A stretch of DNA of 64,000 bases, taken from a virus. The notes under the pieces are model-generated. The model was not told where the DNA came from. It ran no database searches and worked only from the letters and a program-made list of their open reading frames with translations. Both the position numbers and the translations under genes were made by a program. How positions within the stretch are numbered: position 1 is the first letter of the stretch; the number at the start of each line of letters is the position of its first letter. Below are positions 1 to 12,634 of this stretch, piece by piece. The stretch is taken from the IMG/VR virus record IMGVR_UViG_3300018080_000002, positions 1-64,000 of that record, one strand, 5' to 3'.

Positions 1-516
1 GAAGCTGGATGAGTTCGTAGTGGAGTTCTGTAAGCAGATAAGTTACAGGGTTCCACTACAGTTTTTTGAAGATGAGGAGGTTTGGGGTTTATATAAGGAC
101 GGAAAACTTGTTGGTGGATTTGCATTGATCAGCAAAAAACCTCTGAGATCGTTAGAGCAGATACCTAATGCGAGTTGGGAATCGTTATGGGATACCGATT
201 ATTTTTGTGAGTTTACTGGATATTGGATTGACGATAAGAAATTGGGTGTTCCGTTTACGATTTGGTTGGTGATTCGATCGTTATTACGCAAAGAGAGCTA
301 TTTCGTTTACAGTTATCCGGTGAGTGATACCAAATTAGAGAGGTATTATTCGTATGGCAAACCGATCAAAATATATAAGGGTGAGCCTCAGAAATTAGAG
401 GGTCATACGAGTTTCATGGAACCGGAATTTGTGGAGATATTAACGAAGCTCGGAATTGTGAGGATTTTTTGGTATCGTACTAAAAAGGTATTGAAACGAA
501 TGTTTGGAGTTTCAGG

Positions 517-1323
517 ATGAGTGCAATAAGTTCGTTGGCTAGTGTCGTAAAAATGGCGTTTGGTTCGGAGCCTGTTTATGCAACTATCGTTCCTTTGAAA
601 GACGATGGTACACAGGACGATGATTATGAGCGAGGGTTTCAGTATTTCCCAGAAACCATCACCTCGACGAGAGGTGCCAATTGGGTTGCTAAACCTGTTC
701 CTGGTGGATCTCACCCATTGTATCAATTCATAAACGGGACAGATCATGCGATATCGTTTCCTGCTATTTTTACGGCTGACGAAAAACCGTTTGAGGCATC
801 TATTGGAGGAGTTTTAGATGCGTTAAGTGGTGGATTTAGTGTTTCATCGGCTGTTGGCGGTATGTTTGGAAAAGTTAAAAAGCATACTGCTGATGTGGGT
901 GCTGCTGTTGGTTGGCTGAGATCGTTCACATATCCTGACTATAAGGGAAAGACGGGTGAGGCCAAGCCGCCTCCGGTCCTTCGTTTATATTTGCCGAATA
1001 GCGGTATCAATGGAAAAGTTGGCAATAATGTTGTGAAAGACTCTATTGATGTGATCATGACTCAGTGTGATGTTACCTATGAGGCGTTTTATCGATCGGG
1101 TCATCCAAGGATCGTCGTTGTTCAGTTATCGTTTTTTGAGACGGTTCAGGTTGGTTCTAACTGGGGATTTGTTAGTAGGACAGCCTTTGATAAAGGTAGC
1201 AATTGGGCTAGTAGTTATGGTCGAGGAAAAGGGAAAAATGCTGGCCTTAGCTCCAAATCAGCGGAATCATATGCAGGACTTTCAGATTATGCTTCAAAAA
1301 AAGCTGCGGCTGTGTTTGGTTAA
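517..1323 (+). CDS. Contractile-tail tube-initiator / CIS tube-like protein
   Basis: FQYFPETITSTRGANW..VPGGSHPLYQFINGTDHAISF and ..CDVTYEAFYRSGHPRIVVVQLSFFE resemble the CIS-tube N-terminal domain of myoviruses. Confidence 0.6.
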   Translation: MSAISSLASVVKMAFGSEPVYATIVPLKDDGTQDDDYERGFQYFPETITSTRGANWVAKPVPGGSHPLYQFINGTDHAISFPAIFTADEKPFEASIGGVLDALSGGFSVSSAVGGMFGKVKKHTADVGAAVGWLRSFTYPDYKGKTGEAKPPPVLRLYLPNSGINGKVGNNVVKDSIDVIMTQCDVTYEAFYRSGHPRIVVVQLSFFETVQVGSNWGFVSRTAFDKGSNWASSYGRGKGKNAGLSSKSAESYAGLSDYASKKAAAVFG

Positions 1324-1541
1324 GATTTTATTGATTATATATGGCTTATTGGATTCTTCGATAGCATTAGGATGGTAATGATGAGTGATGGAAAACCGAA
1401 TGTTGATTTAGTCATGATTTTGGTGGATCAAGAGACTTATGATGAAATTCGTAAGATTGCAGTATCGCAACAAAGAGATGTTGCGGAAGAGACTGCAATC
1501 GCATTGAAATCCCATATTGACAAACACAACTCAAAAAACGG

Positions 1542-1571
1542 TTGACCAACACTATATTAATAAGATATAAT
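1542..1571 (+). promoter_or_regulatory. sigma70-like promoter
   Basis: TTGACC-18 nt-TATAAT at the start of an AT-rich intergenic region. Confidence 0.5.
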
Positions 1572-2626
1572 GCCTATATAATCAGGTTTATCTGCCTGAT
1601 TTCGTTTGGAAATACATTTTTTCAAAAAAAAGTTAAAGTTTTTTGTTTAATATGCCGATAAGGCAGTTACCACCCGTTTATTCGGGTATGGGGGATCATC
1701 ATGATTTGGTGGATACTGGGCATCGGATGGCTCGTTAGTGGCGTGTTATTAGTGATGTTTTTCAAAGGTGCTCATATGCGTGAGGAGCCTCAGCCAGATC
1801 CAGATAATAATAGTTAATGACCCTCTGTTCATCTTATACGGCAAGGTTTATGGGGGATGTGCTATACTTTAGTGCATCCCTCTCCTTGATTGTCGCCAGC
1901 GATTTCGCTTTTTTGGAGGTATATTATGCTTGAGCGGTTAAAACGGCGTTTAAAGCTCCTTGAGGATAGGCGTGATACGATATCAGGTAACGAATATTTG
2001 ATCGTCTACGGGCAAATTAAAGAGCTTAAGGCGATTATTTGTTGGCTGGAATCTCCACTGGCGAGATGCAATAACAATCGCAATCGATTGTATTTACGAC
2101 GAGATCAGGTTCGATTGCGAAAACCCTCATAATTTCTATCAAACCCCTCGATTTTTCCCCGAAGTTTAGTCCTTAAACTCTTGAAATCCCAATAAAAATT
2201 TAATACTAGGTTCTCATTGACAAACATGATATTAACAGATACATCGTGGTATGGACTGGTAATGGTATTCATTTAGATGTTGATGCGGTTTTATTCTAAG
2301 ATTCTTTGTTTTACTCTTGGCAGCTATGATTTGTCATCCAGGAGTGTTTATGAAAATGATCAAGTCGGTTTATGTTTATACGATAGTTGAGCCTGGAACA
2401 AAAAAAGAATCCGTTGTCGTAGCGAATGTTGGCGGTGAGTTTTTGCCGTTGTTTGGCAACGATTTGAAATCGGTTCAGGAGTTGCGAGATATTGCAGTCA
2501 ATCTTGCATTAGAATCTGGTTGCGATGTTTGTTTGAAAAAATTTTCAGGTGGTGAGTTGATGGATATCATTACTCCGAGAGATCGTTATTACATGAAATC
2601 GGACAATTTACATTAGGAGGATAGTT

Positions 2627-3070
2627 TTGAAAAACGATGTTGAGACTAAGGTGATGGAATCTCCTGTTAGGATCTCTGTGATTTATGCAGACGGTAGTGA
2701 GGATGATTACGGTTTAGATGAGGCTGGTGATGAGATCGCGGCGTCATGTGATAGCGGAATCATGGCTAGATCTATCAGAGGTTTGGGTAAAACTGGAGAC
2801 GAGGTATGTCGTTTTAAAATGATATTTAAGGTTTCGTTGGTGGAGCGTAAGCATGATCATGATACTCCAGACAGCAAGCCAGATAAAATTGCGGTAGTTT
2901 ATCGCAATGGTAGGGATGATGTTTACGATGTACCGAGTGCAGCAGATCGTATTGCGGCATTTTGTGATCGTGGATTAATGCCTCGTCGGACAGCGGGATT
3001 GAACGCTAAGGACGAGGTGATTTGTCATTATAATATTAGATTTAAGGTTAGATTAGAAAGGATTGTTTAA
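2627..3070 (+). CDS. Hypothetical protein with two tandem ~55-aa repeats
   Basis: ISVIYADG..IAASCDSGIM..FKVSL versus IAVVYRNG..IAAFCDRGLM..FKVRL; AGGAGG RBS upstream. Confidence 0.6.
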   Translation: MKNDVETKVMESPVRISVIYADGSEDDYGLDEAGDEIAASCDSGIMARSIRGLGKTGDEVCRFKMIFKVSLVERKHDHDTPDSKPDKIAVVYRNGRDDVYDVPSAADRIAAFCDRGLMPRRTAGLNAKDEVICHYNIRFKVRLERIV

Positions 3071-4574
3071 TGAGCGACACTCGTAAAGTGGGTAAGGAAG
3101 TTAACAAGAATCATCAGGATCATTTGGAGCTGAGAACTTATAGGGCAAAATTAGATGTTTTAAAGCTTATAGGTCCGATTATTAGTGTTTTGATTGGTAT
3201 GGATGCAGAGGTCACTAAGATTGCGGAAAAGGAGCAAGTAAATTCCAAGTATTTATGGGAATGGCTTAGGGATCAACTTCCTCTTGAAAATATTGTTAGC
3301 GAGGATGTCTTAGATGACAATGATGAAGGTGTTGAGGACGACGAGGACGTTGAATAGATGATATTCTGTAAGATAGCTCGAACTATTACAGGATATTTTT
3401 ATGAGGTATCTATTTTTAGCGGTGATGTTGTTTGGTGGTTGCAGAGTTGATGAGGTTTATGTGTGTAAATGGGTGACTGCCAGACAGCGATATTTTGAAG
3501 AGATGTGCATTTATTTAGATGTCGAGAATGGGAAGGATCGGGAAAACGCTACTATTGATTGTTATCAATTATCGGCAAAGGTTTTCTGCGATAAAAAAAG
3601 GTTAAAATAGGGGATAAAAGAAAGGGGATTTGTAGTATGAGTTGTGTCGTATCGTTATACTTCGTTAAGAGGTTATTTGATGAGATTATGGAGAAATACC
3701 AAATGCTGTTTATGCGGTACTCCGCATCCTCGTCGATTTCGTGTGAGGGTAGGAGATGTAGACGATCGCATAGACTATTGCTCGGTTTGTCTGAGTGATT
3801 TGTTGTCAATGTCTAACCATAGATGGTTGCATTTTGAGCGTTTAGCTCTATCTCGGATCAAGGATGAATTACAGAAAGTAATGTTTTTAACTTTGCCTGC
3901 TGATAGCAGGAGGATTTTAGTTTTAGCTATGATGGAAACGGGCATGTTGCCCAGAGAACCAACTTTAGATAAGGATGGAATAAATGTTAGACAAAGAAAA
4001 ATTAGAGCAAGATCTAAACTTGAACGATTTAATAAAAAACAAAATTTTGGAGGACAAAAACAAGTTCACCGAAAGAGTTTATGAGACTGCTATGGAGGAG
4101 CTTAGGTCATCTTTAAGCTGGCAATTTAAAGAGGAGGTCACAGCGGAGTTAGTAGAATTTGCTAAAGAGGAGTTAAGACCAGCTATTAGGGAATATTTCG
4201 AGAATAACAAAGAGGAGGTTTTGAAAGCTGTAGTGAATAGCGTTGCTCAATCGATGGCTGATGTTGGCACGATGATGTGCAAACGAGCGGCTGATAATGT
4301 TGGCAATAGCTGGCGGTTTGAGAAAGTTATTAAGGAATTGTTTGGAATATAGGGGGATTTGTATGGACCATATTGTTGATTGTTTAAATTCTATTACTCC
4401 AAAGCCTGATAAAATAGATGTTTTGGAGAAAGGTGTTGTTGGTATTTGGTATGATAGCAAGTTTCACGCATCTAATATGAGCAGGACGTTACTTCGTAAG
4501 ATCACTGATGCCAAATCGGTATCTGTTTGTATTCAGGACGTCAGATCTAATGGGACGGTGGTGGAGGTGGATGT

Positions 4575-5486
4575 ATGAGTCAATTTATAAACGTTGATAA
4601 TGGCACTGGATCAACCAGCATAACTGCTATGGGTGGATCTGTTGACAATCTGATTATATCTGGAGTTGCATCATCGGAGATAAAAACTCCTGCTGGAACG
4701 GAGGTATCTTTCTCGAAAGAGCGGGGTATATCTCCATCGTTGTATTTTCGGTTTGTGAAATCGAAATTGGAGCATATTCAGATTCGAGAGTTAGAGCGGT
4801 CGTTACAGAAATTGCAGATGATGATCGAAAGTGCGAAAGAACTTGGACAGGATGCTCTATATGAGGATTTGATGGTTCAATTGGCGGTGATTATCCGAGA
4901 GCAGGAGGCGGTTTCCTGCGGGATTGACAAGGTGATTATGCGGGAAGATATCGATAAATTTCGATATCAGCTTAAGGAAAAAAAGATTCTTTTTGTCAAA
5001 CTTGAGAATTTTTGTCGTCCTATTCCTGATGAAACAGAGAGAGAAATCAAAAAAGTTAGGGATAAACAGTTATTTGATGAGTATTGGGTATTAGCTATTG
5101 ATAGTGATGGAGCCAGTAAAAAGACGACGAAAGAGAAAATAGTTGAGAAAGATCCTATTTTGTTTGGTCAATATTCGTACAGTAAGGATAGGTTTTATTA
5201 CATAACGGATTGGGAAGATGAGTATTGTGATTTGTCATTAGATAAGATGATCAAAAAATACAATACCCCTGTGAAGGATGTATTGCCGATTACTGCTGAG
5301 ATAGCCGAGCAGATCAAGGATGAGGTTTTGAAACGTCATAAGGGGTTGCAGGATGCCAATCGAGAAAATTGGCGTCAAAAAGCCTTGGAGGAAGAGAATC
5401 GCAGGAAGCAGTTAGAGTCTGAGATTGCTCGTAAAAATCGATGGTTTGAGAGGATGAAAAAGTTTCTGAATATACGGGGACTTTAG
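4575..5486 (+). CDS. Hypothetical phage protein (coiled-coil rich)
   Basis: 303-aa ORF with GGAGG RBS; KDPILFG..FYYITDWEDEYCDL segment. Confidence 0.6.
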   Translation: MSQFINVDNGTGSTSITAMGGSVDNLIISGVASSEIKTPAGTEVSFSKERGISPSLYFRFVKSKLEHIQIRELERSLQKLQMMIESAKELGQDALYEDLMVQLAVIIREQEAVSCGIDKVIMREDIDKFRYQLKEKKILFVKLENFCRPIPDETEREIKKVRDKQLFDEYWVLAIDSDGASKKTTKEKIVEKDPILFGQYSYSKDRFYYITDWEDEYCDLSLDKMIKKYNTPVKDVLPITAEIAEQIKDEVLKRHKGLQDANRENWRQKALEEENRRKQLESEIARKNRWFERMKKFLNIRGL

Positions 5487-5534
5487 GTGTATAATTTGTT
5501 TTATGTTCAATGTTTTTTTTATGGAGGTTATTTT

Positions 5535-6032
5535 ATGTTAGTTAGATTACTATTTTTATCATTATTGATGTTTGGGTGTGGTGAGGAATGGGATGGTCGT
5601 GGTGATGATCAGGTCACGGTTGAGGCTCCTCCTGGAGAACGCGGTCCTGCTGGTCCTATTGGGGAAGATGGAGAGCCTGGAGAGCCGGGGGAACCTGGAG
5701 AACCCGGTCAGCCTGGAGAGCCAGGAGAGGCTCCTAAAGGCTGTTGTGCGGAGGATTTGGGAGATAGGATCAAAATCACCTGTGATTATGGAGATCCGAT
5801 CGAAATTCCAAAGCCTACTGAGTTTAAGTTGAAAGTTTGCGTTTGGGTAAGTGCGTTAGATGTTGAGACGATGGAGTTAGGCGTACAGGATATTAACGGT
5901 GGGAATTTTGATATCCTACATTTAGGTCAGTGCAGGAACGATAAGGATTATAAGAATCCTAGAACCAATGTTAGTCCTGCTGCTCAAAGACCAGTGGAAA
6001 CTAGAAATCAAAACGATGGAGGAACACAATGA
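5535..6032 (+). CDS. Collagen-like lipoprotein
   Basis: Signal peptide with lipobox (LMFGC), then Gly-X-Y run GERGPAGPIGEDGEPGEPGEPGEPGQPGEPGE; start set at the ATG after GGAGG. Confidence 0.7.
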   Translation: MLVRLLFLSLLMFGCGEEWDGRGDDQVTVEAPPGERGPAGPIGEDGEPGEPGEPGEPGQPGEPGEAPKGCCAEDLGDRIKITCDYGDPIEIPKPTEFKLKVCVWVSALDVETMELGVQDINGGNFDILHLGQCRNDKDYKNPRTNVSPAAQRPVETRNQNDGGTQ

Positions 6033-6571
6033 GATTTTTATTGATTGCAGCTTTTTTTATGAGTTGTTTAGCCTTTGGAGGCACAAAAAAGGGGGAGGTT
6101 TATTACGAAAAGTATAATGAAAAGCCGCCTAAAGCATTAAAAGACGGCAAAGTCAGGGTATATCTGAAAGATGGTAACTCGTATGAGTTCAGCTCCAATA
6201 CTCATAAGGTAATCCCTAGAGGATTGAAGTGCAAGGCTAGATGTACTGTGGATGAATGCAAAAAGCAATGTCCGAAATGCCCTAAGCAGAAAGAATGCGA
6301 GAACAGGCCGCCAGTGGTTAGAAAGGACAAGATCTGGTTGAAAAACCGAATATCGATTGTTGGTGGTTTAGGTCCAGCGGGTTTGAGGCATAAGGAGGAA
6401 GGTCATACTGTTGTTGTAGAGCAGGACATAACTCCGTTGATTGGTTTGAGGTATTCACGGTATTGGACGCCTGAATGGGATACAAGTATTGAAATCATGT
6501 CGGTTCCTAATGAGGAAATGCTTCAGGAGCATAACACAATTGGAGCGATAAGCTTAGGGTTTGGGTGGTAG
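6029..6571 (+). CDS. Exported protein, possibly outer-membrane
   Basis: Signal peptide, Cys-rich linker, C-terminal amphipathic strand ending in an aromatic residue (ISLGFGW). Confidence 0.45.
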   Translation: MRFLLIAAFFMSCLAFGGTKKGEVYYEKYNEKPPKALKDGKVRVYLKDGNSYEFSSNTHKVIPRGLKCKARCTVDECKKQCPKCPKQKECENRPPVVRKDKIWLKNRISIVGGLGPAGLRHKEEGHTVVVEQDITPLIGLRYSRYWTPEWDTSIEIMSVPNEEMLQEHNTIGAISLGFGW

Positions 6572-7226
6572 TGTCTACCCAAGCCTATTTTTGAGGTGAT
6601 GTATGAGTCGTTTTCGTGAGTTGTTTTCGTTTTTGTTTTCGGATCAGGCTGAGTTGAAAAAATTGTCTGATTATATAGCGGAGCGCAATGCTTTGGCTAA
6701 GACATTGACTGGGATAGATCCTATATCTCACCCCCTAGAGTTTCAGAAAAAGTTGAATACGGATGAAATAAAGGCTGCTATGGTTACGTTTACTCGTAAC
6801 AATTATCCTGAATTTATTGATAGAGGAGTATAGATGTGAACCCTTTTGACTTCAGTAATTTTGATGAAATGGAAAAGCATAAGGATGAGTTGTTGGAGAT
6901 GATGAAAAGTGCGTTGCCGTTTGGTCCTAATGATATTGTGATCCATGTCGCTGAGAAAGCCTTAGAAATGATGGACTACTCCAAGAGGATGTATCTGACG
7001 GCATGGAATGAGGGTGTCAAACGGGGTTTGAAAGAATTTGAAGAGAATAAGGCTAATGAGAATGGAGCCAAGGTGAAGTTTCTCAGCAGGGAGGAACGGT
7101 TTGTTGTGGCTGAGGATTTGAAAAAATTGACCGATGAGGAGCTGTTACAGTGTTTGGTTAGGTTCGAGACTTTACCTAGTTGTTTGCAATTGACGCATAA
7201 AGAGATTGAACGGAGGAAATTGAAAA

Positions 7227-7757
7227 TTGATGGACGAAACTAAAAAACAAAGAGCGATATTGGTGGATCTGGATAGCACCCTATGTAACTGTGATCACAG
7301 GGTTCATCACATCAAGACAGATAAAACTCCCAACGCAGATCGCAAAGGCAAAAAGAACTGGATGAAATTCTATGAGGAGTTGGTTAACGACACTCCGAAT
7401 AGCTGGTGCGTAGAGTTGATCAGGGGGATGGCGCATATCGGGGTTATTCCTTTGTATGTTACAGGCAGACCGCAGGAATATGAGTATATCACTCTGAAGT
7501 GGTTCGGGGATCAGTTTCCATTGATGCCGATGGATAATCCGCATTTTGTATTTTGTGAGCAGTATGTCGCCAGTCATTTGTTCATGAGAGCTGATAAGGA
7601 CTATCGGAAAGATTGCATTGTGAAAGAGGAGTTGTACCGGACATTCATAGAGCCGAAATACGATATTGTTTTCGCTTTGGATGATAGAAAACAGGTGTAT
7701 CAGCATTTTAGAAAAATTGGGTTGACGTGTTTAGCATGTGCCGAGGGAGATCATTGA
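7227..7757 (+). CDS. HAD-family phosphatase (PNK/PseT 3'-phosphatase-like)
   Basis: HAD motifs VDLDSTL, VTGRP, DCIVKEELY and LDDRKQV. Confidence 0.8.
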   Translation: MMDETKKQRAILVDLDSTLCNCDHRVHHIKTDKTPNADRKGKKNWMKFYEELVNDTPNSWCVELIRGMAHIGVIPLYVTGRPQEYEYITLKWFGDQFPLMPMDNPHFVFCEQYVASHLFMRADKDYRKDCIVKEELYRTFIEPKYDIVFALDDRKQVYQHFRKIGLTCLACAEGDH

Positions 7758-7758
7758 G

Positions 7759-8346
7759 ATGTTGTTCAGTAGCTATATCATTTTTGAGGGTGCAGACGGT
7801 ATTGGAAAAACGGTTTTAGCGAAGAATATGTGTGAGAAATACGGTTACGAGTTTACTTACGAGCCGTTTGGATTCGACTACCATACGGGGTTTTTGCGGA
7901 ATTTAGCTCTCATGAAAGATACCCCGAAATTAGCCAGAGAGTACCTGTTATTGGCGAATAGGGGATTAGGATACGAGAAAGTCAATGAGATCCTATCCAA
8001 TGGCGGCAAGGTTATCTCTGATAGGAGTTATATCAGCGGTGCTGTTTATGCTCATATGGAGGGATTTGATTTTAAGCAATGGTGGAAAATGGCTCGACCG
8101 TTGGTTAGGGATCATGGCATTAGAGTGAAACCGATGTATATTTTTTGTAAAAATAAAAAATACAAAAATAAAGATAACTCAGAGGATAGATACGATAGTC
8201 AGCCTGAGTCGTTTCATAGAGATGTGGAGACTGTGTTCAGGATGGCGTTTAACTATTTCGGGGTAGATCCTGTTGAGTTTGAGATAGATTTCGATCTGCA
8301 ACCTCTGGAAAACCTGGATCGATTATGTGAGGTGATAGATGCTTAA
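7759..8346 (+). CDS. tmk: Thymidylate (dNMP) kinase
   Basis: P-loop IFEGADGIGKT, TYEP, and ISDRSYISG motif. Confidence 0.8.
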   Translation: MLFSSYIIFEGADGIGKTVLAKNMCEKYGYEFTYEPFGFDYHTGFLRNLALMKDTPKLAREYLLLANRGLGYEKVNEILSNGGKVISDRSYISGAVYAHMEGFDFKQWWKMARPLVRDHGIRVKPMYIFCKNKKYKNKDNSEDRYDSQPESFHRDVETVFRMAFNYFGVDPVEFEIDFDLQPLENLDRLCEVIDA

Positions 8347-8941
8347 TAAAGTTTTTGCAGTTTGTTCTATTATAATTACTGTTATATGCACAGGGATATG
8401 TTGTTATTTGGTGATTTTTACGAGACCGAATCCTGTGAGTATGGCGTGTTTAGTTATCTCGTTGGTGTGTCTATGTATAGTTGGTTTATGTTCGTGTGTT
8501 ATTTGGAAATGAGGTGATAGATGGGTGAATCGATTTGGCAATATGTAGTCTCGTTAATAGTTGTAGCGGGAGTGTTTTTGGTATTTAAGGACGGTTTGTA
8601 TACCTGGAAAAACTGGAGACGAATTAAAAATACTGGAAAGGTAAGTAAAGATGATGAGACATAAAATTTTGCGAGCAAAAACAGTGGCTATGTATATTAA
8701 TTGGCCTGAAACATGTGAATGGGTTTTATTGGATGGTGATAAACGTCATTGGGATGGAGTTTATGTGAATAGTGATGGAGATAGGAATATTCAAAATGAG
8801 ATTGTGAATGAGATGTATTCGGATGAGGGTGAATTTAGAGGTTTAAAAATTACTAGAGAAACAGCCGAAACAGAGGTTCGTAACGGTGCTTACTTAATTG
8901 ATTGTGGGTTTATTTTATAGATTTAAGGAGAATGATGATCA

Positions 8942-9694
8942 GTGAAAACAACAGTAATGTCGAACCCGTTCACCGATGCCTACATGGCTAGGGAAGTAAA
9001 GGCGTATGGAGTTAAGGAGTATGAGAAAGGTGCTGTAAAGATCCGGTCTATGCCTATCATTGGTCGGTGCGATGACTACCTCAATGTCCAGTTCAGAACT
9101 AAAAGTCCTCTGATGCCGATTATGACTATCGATGGTGAGTTATGGATGAGTTTATCGTTCATGGAAATTCAGAGTCAGTATTTGCCTATCCTGAGAGCTA
9201 AGGGGAAAGTGGCAACTGGAGGCTTGGGTTTAGGCTATTACGCGATGAGAGTTGCACAGAAAGACGAGGTTGAATCGCTCGATGTCTATGAAAAAGATCC
9301 CAGAGTTATTGAGTTTTTCATGGACAAATTCAAACGAAGAAAATGGTTTAAAAAGATCACTTTGATTGAGGGTGATGTAAGACGTTTGATGAAAGATTGC
9401 ACGTATGACCTTGTGTATATGGATATTTATCAGACGTTATTGCCGGATGCTGTAATCAAAGATGCAGAGACGTTCCAGTGGGAGAATTATATCGATACCT
9501 ATCATTTCTGGGGACAGGAGTTGGTGCTGTGGAACGCTCTGGAGCAGGGTATCGATGTGCATATTGAGAAAGATGAGGGTTTGTTTTTCTCCAAGTTTAT
9601 GAAAAGTCCTGGGTTTCAGTTGAAAAATGCAGCTACGCTCAGTGAGAAATTTATACGAAATTGTTTATCGGCTATGGGTAGAGATTATTATTGA
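8942..9694 (+). CDS. Class I SAM-dependent methyltransferase (spermidine-synthase-like)
   Basis: GGLGLGY motif I, VYEKDPRVI, LIEGD, YDLVYMDIY. Confidence 0.7.
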   Translation: MKTTVMSNPFTDAYMAREVKAYGVKEYEKGAVKIRSMPIIGRCDDYLNVQFRTKSPLMPIMTIDGELWMSLSFMEIQSQYLPILRAKGKVATGGLGLGYYAMRVAQKDEVESLDVYEKDPRVIEFFMDKFKRRKWFKKITLIEGDVRRLMKDCTYDLVYMDIYQTLLPDAVIKDAETFQWENYIDTYHFWGQELVLWNALEQGIDVHIEKDEGLFFSKFMKSPGFQLKNAATLSEKFIRNCLSAMGRDYY

Positions 9695-11306
9695 GGTGAT
9701 AATGTTCCAGTTTATTAAAAAAGATTTGGAATTGTATGTAGAGTCTAAGCCGTATCCATGTGGTTGCGACAGATGGTTTAGTGCGTGGTGTTTGCCTGTA
9801 AGTCCAAACGGGAAGATGTATTCTTCGGAGCAGGTCTTTAGATGTAGTTGCGGTGAACGGTTTAAGGTTATTCACGATAGGGAAAATCGAGATTATAGTA
9901 TGGTGTTGCTATCCCTGACATCCGAATACGACAAAGGATAACGGAGCGTACTGGCTGGTGATCGTTCTCTCTGGTGTGAGAAAGAGTCAGCCCAACACCT
10001 CTTATTTAGGAGGCATTTATGAGTTTAATGGGTGAAGCGTACAGAAAGTTAAATGAGGATACGGAGAATAAGAAAAAAAGTGAGCGAGTGGAAAGGCATG
10101 GATTAGATCTAACGGTTCATAGGGTGACATTAGAGGTGGATTATGTTTTCTATCCTAGCACTACGAATGAAGATGTAGAGGAGATGTTTAGCGAACAGAA
10201 TATCAATGGATCTCATGCTTATAGGGATAGTGCTAAGTTTCGTAGTAAATTCGTTAAAGCTGAGAGATTGGGAAATATCATGGATGTGTTGAAATCGGAG
10301 AAAGAGCAGGAGAATGAGTCATGAGTATAGGTAAAGATCTGGCTAACGGTATATTGATTGGACTGCTGTTCTACGGGACTATATTGGTTTTGATAGGTAT
10401 TGGGATCGGATATTTGATATGGGGTTGATCTATGGAATGGGAATGTGAAGAGTGTGGTCATGAAAACATAAGTCCTACTGTTTGGGGTGAAGGTGTTACA
10501 TGCGAGAAATGTCAGACTGAATACGAGACTGATTGGGAGGAGCATTGGGACGGTGTTGATAATTGGATAGTATGTCGCAAGGAAATTGAAAAATTGCATT
10601 AGGGGGATATATGTCACTAGATTCGTTACTAAATGTCACTGCTTATTTTTATGATGCAGGGGATGATTTCGACTATTTGAATGAAGTTGATGATGGACGG
10701 TTTTGTAGTTTCGGACATCTGGAGACTGATACGGAGGACGAGTATATTTCTGGTATTCCTTCAGATGAAGAGGTTGAGAAATGGAATAAAGCTCAGAAAG
10801 ATGAGCACGAACGGTCTCGTGGTTTGTTCTGTAATTTTATAGAGGGTCCGAAAGCCAAGGTGATCAAAGATTTCGTGATGTTTGAGATTGATGTGATTGG
10901 GTTGCACCCTCAATCGTGTATTCATGGCACTGGGATTTCTCATGATATAGAGGCTCTTGGAGAGTATGACGCTTTTGATGGTTTACAGGATACGTTGGTT
11001 GGTTATGCGAAAGAGGTTAGGGCTGAGGTTATAAAAGGTCAAGAGGATCAATGGGAACAGAAAAATAAGTGGAAGAAACCTGAATATAGATCGGAGAAAA
11101 AATTCGAGAAAATAGATCGGGTGAATTTCTTGCTAGTTGGAGAATACGACTGCTATCGATGCAGTTATGAGTATGAGGAATATGATTGTGAGATAGATAT
11201 CGCTGGTCGGGTAACGAAACAGGATTTTAATGAAATGCTTGATATGAGGGAACATGAGGATAAAGGGGATTTAAGTGAGTTGGAATGATATTGAGGTGAT
11301 ATTAAT

Positions 11307-11735
11307 ATGACATATATTCGTTCAACATCGAGAGAGGTATATTTCAAAATCAAAGAGGATGGTTTACTGAGTAAACGACGATTAGAGGTTTATGAGATAC
11401 TTTATAAACATGGTCCATTAACAGCTAACGAGATTGTCAGGATAGCGAAAGAGAAATACCCGAATGCAAATCAAACTGGATTTAATGCTCGTTTATCTGA
11501 GTTAAAACGGATGGAGGCTATTATTGAGGTCGGTGAAAAACAGGATGCTGTCAGTGGTCATAGATGTTATTTATGGGATGTAACGGACAAAATGCCTAAA
11601 GCTCTGCCTAAAAACGCTCGTTTATCTAGGTCTCATCTTGAAAAATGTCGGAAAATATTGGTTGAGGTTTGGTCTGACAAATCCCTTCCGAAACATATCA
11701 AAGATTATATAACTAAAAGTTTTAAAGAGGAGTAA
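11307..11735 (+). CDS. Winged-helix DNA-binding protein
   Basis: VYEILYKHGPLTANEI..ARLSELKRMEAIIEVG. Confidence 0.6.
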   Translation: MTYIRSTSREVYFKIKEDGLLSKRRLEVYEILYKHGPLTANEIVRIAKEKYPNANQTGFNARLSELKRMEAIIEVGEKQDAVSGHRCYLWDVTDKMPKALPKNARLSRSHLEKCRKILVEVWSDKSLPKHIKDYITKSFKEE

Positions 11736-12634
11736 GCAAGATGGATGAAATAGATGATTTTGCAGCGGTTGGTAAGGATGATTCTATGGCATTGGATGTG
11801 ACTCAGGCGAAATTATTGTTGTCGTTAAGGTTTATGGATGAGCATGAGATCCCTAAAAAAAGTTTGGAGGAGGATTTTGTGTGTCAGGTAGTGATGAAAC
11901 GCATTAATGCCTGTGAATTACCTCTTAATATCGATAACCGAGCTATAGCCTATATCTCGGTATTGAGCAAAGGAAATCCTGGCCGAGCTGTGATTACCCT
12001 GATCGATATACTGGAGAGAGATATCGAGAATGTGACGTTGGATACTTTGGTTGGTTTATATCCGTTTGGTCATTATTCGGAGGATGCTTTATGTAGAAAA
12101 ATAGATGAGCATCAGGCTAGAAAATACAAATGGAGCAAAATTTACTAGGAGACGTTATGAAATTTATGAATTTATCGGTGAGTATTGGTGGTGTGATCTC
12201 GTTCAGTTGTGAGTATAACCAGGATGTTATGATCACGCTGAGACAGCATCGAAGTGACAGTATTCTTTGTCATAGTGAGTTAGAGGTTTATGAGAAAATA
12301 GAGGAGGGTGGATACGGTGATGTCATGTTTAGAAAAACCTATGACCGTTACACTCCGAGTATGGAGGAAATGGTTGCTGATATCAGAGAGGGTATAAAAG
12401 ATTGGGAAAGGGTGCAGGAGGATGATGTATGACTGATATTCCTACTATTAAAGAGTCGAAATCTGTTAAACCGTATCGGTATGTGGTAAAAAAGAATGGC
12501 AAAAACCATACGAAGCTGAGTGCTTGTCATGAAATCAGTCCTCCTGTTGAGGTTAGGATCGATGGTAAGCGACATTATTTAAAGGAGTTTGACCCTTCGT
12601 TTAGGGTTGCTTGGTATAACGATTCAATGACGTA

